Part shown: one piece after another, positions 1-11,329 of the stretch
Layout of the letters: each line of letters opens with the position of its first letter
Position numbering within the stretch: position 1 is the first letter of the stretch
Source of the DNA: Hypanus sabinus
Lineage: Eukaryota
Assembly: GCF_030144855.1 (NCBI RefSeq)
Contig: NC_082731.1
Span: 9,734,001-9,798,000 of the forward strand
Length of the DNA: 64,000 bases
Reading direction: 5' to 3'
Position numbers and translations under genes: made by a program
Notes under the pieces: model-generated
Told to the model about the DNA's origin: nothing
The model's input: only the letters and a program-made list of their open reading frames with translations
Database searches by the model: none

Positions 1-259
1 ACTTCAATCTATTTTATTGTTTCGTAGCTTCAACAATTCCTCTCAGATTCTACTCTACTGAAGAGTAAGTTATGGTAAGTCGACGTGGCTAGCACCGGCA
101 TGGTGTTCGATATGGAAATCGGAGAACCTAAAACAAAATGCGCACAGCCACACGGCAACTATATAAACTCCAGTAGTGCAGGTCAAGACCGAAACCAGGT
201 TTCTGGAGACTTGCAGCAGGCGTTCTAATAATTGTATCCTTCTACTACTCTTCTGAGAA

Positions 260-960
260 GTTGAAGTCATAAAATCATACTGCACAGAAATACAGTTGGC
301 CCTCCGAACCCAATGTTCAAAGATGTTTCATATCTAACTCAATCCAATTTTCAGCAACAGAAAAAAAATCTTTGAATGTCTTTACTATTTTAATGATCGT
401 CTAAATGTTTGTCAAATGCAGTGAGCGTGTCCACTTCCAGCGTGATTAAAATATCAACAGTCTCGTTTGCACTAGCTTTCCTTAAGGTACCCTCTAAAGC
501 TCTTCCCACTTAATTTAAGCATATGCCATCTTTAGATTTCATAGTCTAGACATACGAATGTTGTTGTCTACTTATCGTACCCATGTTGCTGATAATTTTG
601 CAAGGTGTTGTAGGGTCACTACTCAGTTTCCTTCACTCCAGAAAAAAACAAGGCCAGCGATTCTAATTGCTCCCCATAACTGATGTTCTCCAACCCAGTT
701 AACATACTGTTGTATCTCTTATGCACTGTTTACAGCGCAATGCCTTGCAACGAGACGACCAGATATTTAAAAATCTAGTGCACCAACGTTTGGCAAATTT
801 AAAGCAGAGCGTCTCAACTTTCATATGCTAATCTTGACCTGTGAAAGCAAGTATGCCGTGTTCCTTTGAAAACACCCTATCTACCGTTGCTGCTACTTTC
901 AGGGAACCATGGACTTAAACCCCAATATCGCTCTGTTCATAAACATTCCTTAATAATGAA
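260..960 (-). mobile_element. Decayed CR1 LINE, 3' part
   Basis: Reverse strand resembles CR1 RT C-terminal and 3' sequence, with many stops. Confidence 0.6.
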
Positions 961-1123
961 ATATTTTCTATTCCGGGCAGAAAGTTATCACCACCATTAT
1001 CCTTAACAGCTGACTAACAAGTAGACCGTTCACCATGGATCCTTAAACAACTTGCCCAGCGCATAGTTTGGAAACTTGTCTAACTTGTTTTGGAGATTAA
1101 GACTGATTGACCTTCTCTTGCAG

Positions 1124-1441
1124 CCAAACCACTGAAACCAGGGGTACGCCTTTTGTCCCCGTCTCCAGAGGAGGTTCAATCTGCGGGTATCGCTACGCTC
1201 ACATGCATGATAACGGGATTCTACCCCGATGACATAACCGTTTTGTGGCAGAAGGACAGAGCCGCATTCTACTCTAACGCTACCAGCCTCCCAACTGCAC
1301 TTCAACAGGACATGACCTTCAGCACGAGAAGCCTCCTTTACTTGACTGCAGACGACTGGAAGAAGGACGCAACATACACCTGTGTCGTCACGCACCCACC
1401 TTCACAATCTATTGTGAAAGCAAACATCAGCACCTCGAAAA
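1124..1441 (+). CDS. Ig heavy-chain constant exon (IgNAR C3 / IgW C4 homologue)
   Basis: Acceptor ccttctcttgcag|, donor A|gtaagt, 318 bp, phase 1/1. Translation KPLKPGVRLLSPSPEEVQSAGIATLTCMITGFYPDDITVLW...TYTCVVTHPPSQSIVKANISTSK has the canonical C1-set Cys, Trp and Cys, and closely resembles shark IgNAR/IgW domains as I recall them. Confidence 0.95.
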
Positions 1442-1885
1442 GTAAGTACAATTTGTCAAAAGGCACGCATCCATTCCATGCTTTACTTCTCAGTCAAGAG
1501 ATAAAACTACACAAAGGTCGGCAATGAGCAGATTGAAACGATTATTACTGTAGTACTTTATTAGTAATCAGACCTCTCCGTCGGTCCGATAAGGTAACAT
1601 ATGTGAGCGTCAACTAAAATTAGTGTTATATAATCGAATCTCTGTTGAACATGGGGAGACAAATCGAATTATAATGTTAAAGTACCTCACCAATAGGATC
1701 TCAATAGGTTAAAGCTGGAAGAACGTGTGCAAATATTAATTGATGAATGACAATATGAACGGAGCCCTTCTTGGCGTTTGTAATTATATTCTAATATCGT
1801 ACACCAATGGACCACGCTTGTAAACAGGTTTGTTTAAAGTCAAGTGCAATATGATCAATAGATATGAATTAGCATATTAATAACT

Positions 1886-2200
1886 CGCAGGTGATAGAGT
1901 GGTGCTTTAGTGGTAAGTCTCCGACATGGTCGGCGTGAATAATTGGGTGAGAATCGTCCTCTGTAAGAAGTTATAGATCATCCTATAGAATACCTGGGTT
2001 TCCTCCTGGTACTCCGGTTTCCTTCCACAGTATAAAGACGTACCGGGTATTTGGTTAATTGGTCATTCTGAATTGTCCAGCGATTAGGACATGGTTATAT
2101 CGGAGGTTGCTGGTGGTGTGGTCCGAATGGTCAGAAGGGCGTATGCTACATATATCTTTAAATAAGTAAGTAAGTAAATAAATAAATAAATAAATAACTA
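1886..2200 (+). mobile_element. V-SINE (HE1-like) with (TAAG)n(TAAA)n tail
   Basis: V-domain core gggtttcctcctggtactccggtttccttccacagtataaagacgtac, with a simple-repeat tail at 2161-2200. Confidence 0.75.
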
Positions 2201-2689
2201 CATATTAAACAGATCGATAGATGGAGAGATAAATGTGAGCCCAACTAACTGGTGTTAAGTAAGTATTGAAATCTTCCACACCACTAGCGGCCATCCGACC
2301 AGGACATGTGAAACAACGTCTGAGTTGAAACTGTTCTCACATCCCTTCTTTTTTGAACTTATGTTACATTGAAATATTCGCATGCATACCATTCCTCCGT
2401 GGAACAGAGAAATAGATATGCCACTCGGTGTGGAGAGTGATTCCTCATTTATGGCGAACTTATTTTTATCTCGCATGCTGTTGATGATGCTCGGACCTGA
2501 TCTCACGACAACGTACAATGATATCCACGGATGTCTACGGGGACTGTTCATTCCACGCTGCAGGGAGTTCAGACTATCGCCGCTTTTACGGAAAAGCTGG
2601 AATGTAGTTTACAGGAAAATGCAAAGTCAACATATTTGCATCAATGGTTTGGACAATTAGATCCCATTATTCAGCGAAGTGCAATACAT

Positions 2690-2985
2690 TTACTTAGTGT
2701 TACAGCGCGGAGTAGGCCATTCCGGCCGTTCGAGGCACGCCGCCCGGGCAACTGCACAACGCTGGTTAACCCTATTCTAATCATGGGACAATTTACGATG
2801 ACTAATTAACCTATCCTGTCGGTCTTTTGCCTGTGTGAGGAAAGTGGAGCATCCGGGACGACCAATACATTCCACGGGGAAGACTTAAAGACTTTTTGCA
2901 GAATGACACAGGCATTGACCAGCGAAATCCAGAACGCTCCGACCTGTAGTAACGTCGCTCTACTTCTGCGCTGCCTTGGCGTCGT
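2690..2985 (-). mobile_element. V-SINE, antisense
   Basis: Reverse complement of the V core (tgtgaggaaagtggagcatccggg...) and of a tRNA-like 5' end. Confidence 0.65.
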
Positions 2986-3474
2986 GTTGTCGGTCGGAGT
3001 CATAAATTGCACCAAAGGAAACTATGAAAATCATTATACAGGCACAAGGACATCATTGTATTAGATTGTCAGTGCAGTTCTTAAATACCCTTCATGAACT
3101 TCATGAATGTTAACTCCTTTTCATGATAAGGACAGATGGTTGCTTCTGAATGCATATTGCTCAAATCTAATCACAACTCCTCATCAGATGAAACTGTTAA
3201 CGTATTAATGGGGCATGATCTATGTGGCAAGGGACAATGGGATTTCTACGATTATTAGTTCCAGAAAGTAATTGCAACAACCTGCTCTTGATATTCAATT
3301 CTTTACGTAAAAGAGCACGCAGACCACGATGAACCCCAACAATTTTCAGATTTCGCCAATCACCTTTTCAGCTCTGAGCTTCATCCCACCCCCTCCAGTC
3401 TTCTCCTATCATTTCCCATATCCCCCTCCCCTCACTACTTTCAAATCTCTTACTATCTTTACTTTCGGTTATTC

Positions 3475-3502
3475 CTGACGAAGGGTCTCGGCCCGAAACG
3501 TC
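3475..3502 (+). ncRNA. Minimal hammerhead-ribozyme core (PLE type), copy 1
   Basis: CUGACGA-A-GGG(ucucgg)CCC-GAAA-CGUC with palindromic ACGU stem III; stem I is decayed. Confidence 0.5.
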
Positions 3503-4007
3503 GACAGCGGTACTCTCTATAGATGCTGCCTGGCCTGCTGTTCCACCAGCATTTTGTGTGTATTGTTTGAATTTCCAGATTCTGCAGATTTCCTCACGCT
3601 TACTCATTAAATTCTACTGCAAAGCCTCTGCCAGTGATGTCTACACTGAAGAAGTTAAAATCTTCTCTTCGACGGGATTTCAGTGAAACCCTCTCTCGCC
3701 GCCCCTCATCTATAATTCCTTCGGCCCTTCAACTTTTCGATCATATTTTGACCCAGACCCGCTATTACAGTCATATATCCTTCTTTGTAACGTGGCTCCG
3801 CCGCCAACTGACTCCAGTTGGCTTCAGGATCCGTTTTCGAGCTTCTCAGTTTGGATCCTTTCCCTTCTCCAGCTCTGTATCACTTTCGCCAAACACCTTT
3901 CCATCTCTTAGCTTCATCCCACCCTCTCCGGTCTTCTCCTATCATTTCACATTTCCCCCTCCCCCCACTACTTTTAAATTTCTTACTATCTTTCCTTTTG
4001 GTCAGGC

Positions 4008-4035
4008 CTGACGAAGGGTCTCGGCCCGAAACGTC
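4008..4035 (+). ncRNA. Minimal hammerhead-ribozyme core (PLE type), copy 2
   Basis: Identical 28-nt core; upstream gtcagg can pair with cctgac and may sequester it. Confidence 0.45.
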
Positions 4036-5343
4036 GACAGCGCTTCTCCCTATTGATGCTGCCTGGCCTGCTGTGTTCCACCAGCATTTTGTGTGTGTTG
4101 TTGTTTGAATTTCCAGCATCTCCAGATTTCCTCATGGTTGCACTACCGTTCTAATAATTTCTCCTAAGTTGATATCCTCACGTTTTCCACCTTACATTCA
4201 ATCAGCTAAGTACTAGCAATTTATTTTCCTGTCCACACCCCTCTAAATTTTCCCGGAATCCTTCTCACAGATCACGATGCTGCCGAGCTTCTATTCCCAG
4301 CAAACAGACATATTACAACATTTCCAATAGTTATATCATTGAAATAGACTAAGAGTAGCCGAGGCCCCAGTACCAATCGCTGCTTTTACGACCGTAAACT
4401 CTTATTTCAGTCGCTTCTGTTACATGATTGGTGTACGGTTTAACATGCACAAAATGGACTGCTCTTATTCACCTAAGCTGCTCTGACAGTATTTCCCTAA
4501 CATTAGATATCATGATATCGTAAATATTGCAGCTGTAGGCTCAACATTGCAGTAGACTTTAGTAATTTTCAAAATCAATTATGTGGCAAGAGCTCGTTGT
4601 GAACACGTGGTTCTATTATATCTTGTGGCATGTGGTAACCTACACAGACAGTTTGGCCACTTCGGTTTCACTTTACTGGCACTTTTTCCTATTTCTAGTG
4701 GAGTTCCTCCAGCAAAATATTAAGGAAAGTATTGAGGAGATAGCAGTCAGTACTGGGTTCATAAATTGTTGCTGTACTGAACACACAACAGCGCTCTTAT
4801 TAGGATTTATAGATATTTCATATTTTCTTTCCTTATTTTGAACAGCATTCCACTCTGTACATAATGGAGATAATGCTCTCAAACTTTGCAGTTTTTACGG
4901 AGCATAGCATTATTCTTAATTATCCTATTCGGTCAATTTGTTTCAACAATCACAATAGAAACTGAAAGACAAACGTTTTGCTCATTTTATGTGAATCTCT
5001 TCCGATGCAGCCACGTTCAGGCCAACGAGCCACGTTTTCCCTCAGTATTCTGTTGATCTGAGGGTGAACATTCGCATTCCCGAATGCAGCCACGGTTAAG
5101 TTCATGTCAATGTAATCTTTGCGCTGTGGTATAAATAAACGGGAGGATTATTTTGGATATCACCTAAAGAAGATAGAGGAATCAATCTGATAAGGCAGGA
5201 GGAACGGTATTAGCGAAGCAGAAAATAACACAGAGAAATACATAGAAAGTGGGATTATGAGCTACTGTGGTCTGGTTACAGTTGATATAATCCACATCTC
5301 AAGTTTCATAAAATGAAAATAACCATTCACACTTTTTTGCCAG

Positions 5344-5664
5344 AAGACTGCCATGAGGCTGATATTAATGTCATCATAAAAAAGCCGTCCTTTGAAGAGA
5401 TTTGGACGCTTCGGAGAGCAACCATTGTGTGCGAAGTGGTTTACACAGATTTAGAGAATGTCATAGTCTCCTGGCGAGTAAATGGAAGTCGAAGAATGAA
5501 CGGAGTAGAGACTCGCGGTCCAGAGTGGAGCGGAAGTAAATCCGTCATCGTCACCAAACTGAAAGTCAGTGTGGAGGAGTGGAACAGTGGAACCGAATAC
5601 CTCTGCTTCGTAGAAGACCGTGATCTGCCAACACCACTGACAATCGCCACCAAAAAAAACAAGG
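5344..5664 (+). CDS. Ig heavy-chain constant exon (IgNAR C4 / IgW C5 homologue)
   Basis: Acceptor ttttttgccag|, donor G|gtaagc, 321 bp, phase 1/1. DCHEADINVIIKKPSFEEIWTLRRATIVCEVVYTDLENVIVSW...GVETRGPEWSGSKS...EWNSGTEYLCFVEDRDLPTP, with an extra N-terminal Cys (DCH) available for an inter-chain disulfide. Confidence 0.96.
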
Positions 5665-5838
5665 GTAAGCGCAATTAAACCCCGTGTTAAGGCCACAGAG
5701 TGCATTAAGTAAATTGTTGGACAGTGACATTTATGAACCAGTCAATAGAATGGTAAATAAAATCTCTAATCTTGAGGATTACTGAGTAATCTGCAAGTCA
5801 CAGACGAAACTAACTTAACATAATTTTTTCTATTCCAG

Positions 5839-6221
5839 TTACTGAAGTGCAGCGTCCGAAAGTCTACCTCTTGTACCCAGCAGCTGAGGAGATTCAAGCC
5901 GAGGAAGCAGCTACCCTAATTTGCCTCGCGACCGGTTTTTATCCGGAAGATATATATGTCGGCTGGATGGCTAATGACACCCTTTTGCATTCGGGATACT
6001 CAATCCAGTTTAACAGCGATAAGGAAAACGGCTCTAACTCAGTCACCAGCAAACTGAGGATCAGCGCAGAAGATTGGGAGAAGGGAACCACCTATAGCTG
6101 TTTGGTTGGACATCCGTCGCTACCAACAAATTTAGTCAGAAGTATTAATAAATCCCACGGTAAACCAACTTTAGTTAACGTGTCACTTGTACTAACTGAC
6201 AACTTTAAATCGTGCGTCTAA
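5839..6221 (+). CDS. Terminal Ig constant exon plus secretory tailpiece (IgNAR C5 / IgW C6 homologue)
   Basis: Acceptor ttttttctattccag|. VTEVQRPKVYLLYP...ATLICLATGFYPEDIYVGWMANDTLL...TYSCLVGHPSL...INKSH, then tail GKPTLVNVSLVLTDNFKSCV* with an NVS sequon and a penultimate Cys. Internal donor CAC G|gtaaac at 6159/6160. Confidence 0.96.
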
Positions 6222-6462
6222 TTTTGCTTGATTCAATGACTAATACTTTGGAAGTATATCTTGCTTACTGCGTAGCTCTTTGAGTTTTCGTTTTGCGGAT
6301 TCACAGAAGACCACGCATAGTATTCACTCTTCAGATTATCGCACAAGTGAAATATTCCATTAATGTCATCTGTTCGGTAACATTGTGATGAGCTCTCGAT
6401 AACATTAGAATGATTAGATAGATAGCAGGTAGTGATTTATTCTGTATGCCACATTACTTTGA

Positions 6463-6468
6463 AATAAA
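6463..6468 (+). terminator. Poly(A) signal of the secreted-form mRNA
   Basis: AATAAA ~240 nt after the stop, followed by a GT-rich element (gtgtgttctctt) at ~6497. Confidence 0.6.
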
Positions 6469-9400
6469 TTCAGAATGAAAACCTTTTACCTTCCAGGTGT
6501 GTTCTCTTATCTTTACAACTAAGAGTAATCCATGACTCGGTGTTATATATTAGCTTCATTAATACATCTAGTATACTGCTATTTCCTTCCGACATGTTGC
6601 AAATATGGCAGGGAGACGGGGCAGGCAACGATGTAGGGGAAACTACTGAGGTTATTCAGATCCGACCAGTTCGTAGAGATGAGATTCGTGATCTAGTTTG
6701 ACGGATGTACTCTTTCGTGCATCTATACCTCTCATCTGAACTTTGAAAGTAAAAGGTCCACATAAAACAGCTCGAAATATGGATGAGGATCAAGTTTATT
6801 TTCATGTACATACGTCGTGAATTTTGCGGCATCAGCACAATCAAATACATCAAACTTATAAAAAAATACAACAATAATACGATACTTAAAAGAGCAAAGC
6901 CAGTGTGCTATGTTCATGAGCTCATGGATTGTTTAGAATCTGTTGGTAAAGCAAACAAAATCTTTTCCTAAAATCTCTTGTGCGTGCCTTCGTACCCCTA
7001 TATCCCTGGTGACGGCAGTGAAAAGAGGGCACGTCCTGGGTGGTGGGAGCCCTTAATGACATTTGCCAATTTTTTGAGGAATCGGCTTTTTAAAGATGTT
7101 CTCAATGTTGGGGTCTCGTGTCCATGAAGTAGTTAGATGAAACCCTCAGCTGCTATTACCGGTCATTTGCGGTAGCGCCTACATACCAGATGATGATTCC
7201 ACCAGTTAGAATGTTAGATTTCCGCAGAAATTTTTTTGGGTGACATACTAAATCTTCTCAAATTTCAAATGACATATAACACTGGCAGGCGTTTTTCCCA
7301 ATTGCATATATATTTTGGGATCTAGATGGATATTCAGAGAGATTGGCGTCCTGGAGCTTAAACTTCACACCCTTTCCATTGCTGACCCCTCGATTAGGAC
7401 TAATGTGTGTTTCTTCGCCTCCCCTTTCTGAAGTCGACAATAAACTCCTTTCTCTTACTGATATTGAGAACAAGATTATTGTTGTGGCACCTCTTAACCA
7501 TCTGATTAATCTCACTCTTGTACGTCCCTTCATCAAACTGTGAGATTCTGCCGAGAGCAGTTTTCATCGGCAAATTTATAAATCATGTTTATGCCAAAAT
7601 CGCATTCGAAAAGATCAACTGAGCCTGCTGTTCTTTTAGATTTCACGTAAGTCTATCCAGTATTCGCCAAGAAGCTTCCTTCCGTAATATCTCTTCTTAC
7701 TTCCGGATTATATCTCTACCGTCTCCGTGGGGAATATTTGTGAATACAGTACATGATGCTTGGTTGCTGATTTCAAGCAGAAACATACCTGATGTTAAGT
7801 AAATAGAAATGTCGTCCAAGCTCTATTTGACCTTTGATGCTGAGTATACTTCATCCAGTGCTCAAGAGAATGAAGAAGACCGAAGACTTCGACATCAGCG
7901 AATACAAAAGTAATTTCCCTGCAACCATCCCTATTCCTTGTAATTGTTGAAACGGAAATAGATATCCATGCTCGGTATAACGTGCACTTATTCAACACCT
8001 GCTTTTACGTCTGTCTCAACTGAACTGCCACTACAAGCTTATCTTTGCATTAGTTCTGAGCACCCACAACTGTGGCAATTCCCTCCCTTTTATACAACAG
8101 AGAGTGTGTCATCGTGTTCCAGCAGACAGGGTATTTGGCTTATCTTCCCTATGCATATTGACACACACGAGTTAAAGATCTGCCAAAGTCTCTCTGTGAA
8201 CATATTTGTCTTGAAATTCAGAGCTCTGCAAGCTTCTCAATCTTGTCTACAATGTCCTCTCAATCTTGTTGTGCCCGACCAGATATCTCAAGGTGGGACC
8301 CGTTTTTGGGCAGTCATGTGAAAGTCCCGAACATTGCAAATAATTCAAAAACTGTTTGCAACTTTTCTCATCTATTTCTATTGATATGCTACTTACATCT
8401 CCACATTTAGATTTAAAACACGAAGGTATTTGCTGTTAAATATTACCCGTGATGTTTTTCGGTGAATGGTACGGTGATATACTAAATAACTACAAATCAG
8501 TGTGTACTTTCATCCATCTAACTGCTCCATTCGTCCCTGCACTTTCCTTTCCTGCACGAGACAAATAGAACATCAACGGGCAATTGGATCTCTGGCGACC
8601 TATCCTAATAGTCCTACTTCTGCCCTGTGCTGGTGTCCTTTAATTCCTTGCAAGGAACCTTCAACTCCTTACAATAATTCTGAAATATACTGGTGAATGC
8701 ATTAAAAATAATATGCAGCAAATTTATTTCGAAAGTGCCAATGGTGCTAAAAATAAATAAAGCACAGTCTGAAGCTGCAATGGACAATCACATGTCCATA
8801 GTTAATAGATTTTGAAGGAGATGCAAGTTATGTAAGTATCGGTGCGTCATCTGCCGTGGAAATCAATCCAATAATCCTGTATCGGTCCTTATGAATTCCA
8901 GATGAACCCTAATATGCTTCTGGAGATGTGATATCTCTCACCTCGCATCTAGAGTGGTGATATAAGTCAGTATCTTAATATCTTGGCTCGGCTGCTGGTA
9001 CTGAGTTTTGAGGATTATATGGTCTTACTTGGTGAGGCCCATTGCATTCCCTTTAGCACTCCTTTCCTCAATTATTAACCCCTCAGCTCACCGTATAGAG
9101 AAGTGCAACTGACTGATGGCTATAATATTGCCAGCATTGTAAACAATGTGATCTTACGATGGAAAATTAATGAATGAATTTATGGTCTATGTTCCAGCAA
9201 ATTTTGTTAAGTGTCAGGTGCTGAGTTTAGAGGGTACATATTTAAAACAACAGTGTGTTAGAAGTCGTGGATATTCGAAAGAGAAGAAGGAAATTCATGC
9301 ATGCAGATTACGGAAATGTCACAGACTAAAGCAGTCGCCAATATCGACGTTTAAGTTTGCATTGAGAAGAATAAAACGCTCAAGTGGAAGTCAAGCAGCA

Positions 9401-10053
9401 ACTACATAAAGCAAAGCTCGCCAGAAGAAAGGAATATCACAGTATTTATTGAATTATCTCTTTTCTCTACTCTATGGGGATGGGCTACAGAGGCAACTGC
9501 TCGGAATATGTTAGGGGTGGGGAGGTCAATATTGTCAATCGCCTGTAGGGACAGTGCTCTTCCTCATTTGATGTCACTTTCATGAATTTAACTGTAATTA
9601 TGATAAATAGAACTCTACATCATCAAATGAATATAATCGACTTCCTATATGTGGGAGATGAATTCCACTTCCTCAATACCTAATGAATTCCAAGTCCGAT
9701 TCTCGGCACTAGGCATTTACCAGAAGTTAAACTAGAGAAAGGGATTTCACCGTCTGGGATTGTACGGATCTAAATCTGGATCGAGTGGGTACGTGGTCAG
9801 TAATTTAAAAAAAGCACATTAAGTAAAATTGACAAGGACCGCACAGAACTATTTTCTTAAGTTAGGATATGGTCTAACAAAATGACTCATGCACGCTGCG
9901 AATTAAGTTTGGAATCCAGTACCTATTAAATGCCATTGAACGAATGTTAAATTGAAACCTGAAGTTCAAAACGGTCTGATAAACAAGTGCTTCAAGGGGA
10001 GTGGGTCATCTGTGTATGTTGCTTTCCTAAGAAAATATATATTTCGATTTCAG

Positions 10054-10211
10054 ATGTCGGTGAAATTCCGGTAGACCTGGATGACTATTCAGGTGGTGAA
10101 GAAGAATTCGTAAACTTAGATGAAGATGTTTGTTCTGCTTCAACGCTTCTCGTCTTTGTGATCCTCTTTATGATGAGTATGATGTACAGCGCATTTACAA
10201 CGACTATTAAG
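10054..10211 (+). CDS. Ig transmembrane exon (M1/TM1)
   Basis: Acceptor atttcgatttcag|, donor AAG|gtaaca, phase 1 in and phase 0 out, in frame with the 6159 donor. (D)VGEIPVDLDDYSGGEEEFVNLDEDVCSASTLLVFVILFMMSMMYSAFTTTIK: acidic spacer plus a TM helix with the antigen-receptor F..LF..S..YS...T pattern. Confidence 0.9.
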
Positions 10212-10330
10212 GTAACAACAACTTCCAATGGTCCAGTAGCCGAAACAAACACATTAGAATGTTTGACGTATATTTCACATTTTATCGCGGTGCAAGTTGT
10301 GAATTAATTCTTCTAACATAAGCAATTCAG

Positions 10331-10393
10331 GTTTTCCCCAATGTACGTTTGGGTTTCGGTGAAGATTCCATGGTGTTTACATTCCATACCTAA
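10331..10393 (+). CDS. Candidate proximal cytoplasmic-tail exon (VFPNVRLGFGEDSMVFTFHT*)
   Basis: 119-bp intron after M1 with a ctaac branch-like site and ttcag| acceptor; phase 0 in frame; starts with Val. No AATAAA before the assembly gap. Confidence 0.3.
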   Translation, partial: VFPNVRLGFGEDSMVFTFHT

Positions 10394-10663
10394 TAACGCG
10401 AATGAATGAGATGTCACTGCATAAAATAACTAAAATACCATGCACGAAAATTATAACTCTAAAGGAAGGAATTACTGACAATGTCAGCGGGATTTGCCGG
10501 GAAAATACGAAAAAACAAGAAGGAAGAAGCTGAGCGAATGATACTTTTTAATTAATTATTTGAATGCGCATGCATCAGATTCTTTGATTCACTCGTGAGT
10601 CTGTGTGCGCACGCGCGTGCGAGCGTGTGTGTACACGTGCTCACACATGTGCAGCTATCATTG

Positions 10664-11011
10664 NNNNNNNNNNNNNNNNNNNNNNNNNNNNNNNNNNNNN
10701 NNNNNNNNNNNNNNNNNNNNNNNNNNNNNNNNNNNNNNNNNNNNNNNNNNNNNNNNNNNNNNNNNNNNNNNNNNNNNNNNNNNNNNNNNNNNNNNNNNNN
10801 NNNNNNNNNNNNNNNNNNNNNNNNNNNNNNNNNNNNNNNNNNNNNNNNNNNNNNNNNNNNNNNNNNNNNNNNNNNNNNNNNNNNNNNNNNNNNNNNNNNN
10901 NNNNNNNNNNNNNNNNNNNNNNNNNNNNNNNNNNNNNNNNNNNNNNNNNNNNNNNNNNNNNNNNNNNNNNNNNNNNNNNNNNNNNNNNNNNNNNNNNNNN
11001 NNNNNNNNNNN
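10664..11011. other. Assembly gap (348 N)
   Basis: Run of N in the sequence. Confidence 1.
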
Positions 11012-11329
11012 CGGAGACTAGAACTGGTAAATAAAACGATCATTTATGCTTAAACTTCTTCGTGGTGAAGAACCGAGGAGCAATGGATGGGGAAGAGGTG
11101 GGACACTTCTCAGTTGGGAAGCTGATCGGAAAACAAAGTAATTTTCCAGCAGGTTATCAGCGTGTCCAAATACAGGAGTATTGTAATTCGGAAGTTGAAT
11201 GGTGGGACTACTAAATTAGTATTTAACAAATAGCGTTGAGCTATGCTAATCAACATAGGTGACGTTGACAGGATTGACAACTGAACAACGAATGGAAAGT
11301 GGTAATCAAATTTTATAATGAAATCACTA

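Larger units (their letters stand above)
3355..4135 (+). mobile_element. Penelope-like element, partial tandem (3' end copy / 5' ORF stub / 3' end copy)
   Basis: Two ~240-bp direct copies (~3370-3600, ~3890-4135) flank an ORF stub (HISFFVTWLRRQLTPVGFRIRFRASQFGS) resembling a PLE N-terminus. Each copy has the cctgacgaagggtctcggcccgaaacgtcgac motif. Confidence 0.75.

Noticed and set aside
47-64. Possible 18-nt phase-1 micro-exon (ctcag|ATTCTACTCTACTGAAGA|gtaagt) upstream of the first C exon
   Set aside because: Too short to support, sits at the window edge, and adjoins what looks like a LINE remnant.
1030-5705. Minus-strand ORFs 1030-1395, 5441-5674 and 5451-5705
   Set aside because: Antisense shadows of the Ig constant exons.
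6497-6530. Strong acceptor ttttaccttccag| after the secretory exon
   Set aside because: It lies ~30 nt after AATAAA, and its GT-rich start is better explained as the poly(A) downstream element.
10552-11053. ORFs spanning the N run
   Set aside because: Artefacts of the assembly gap.
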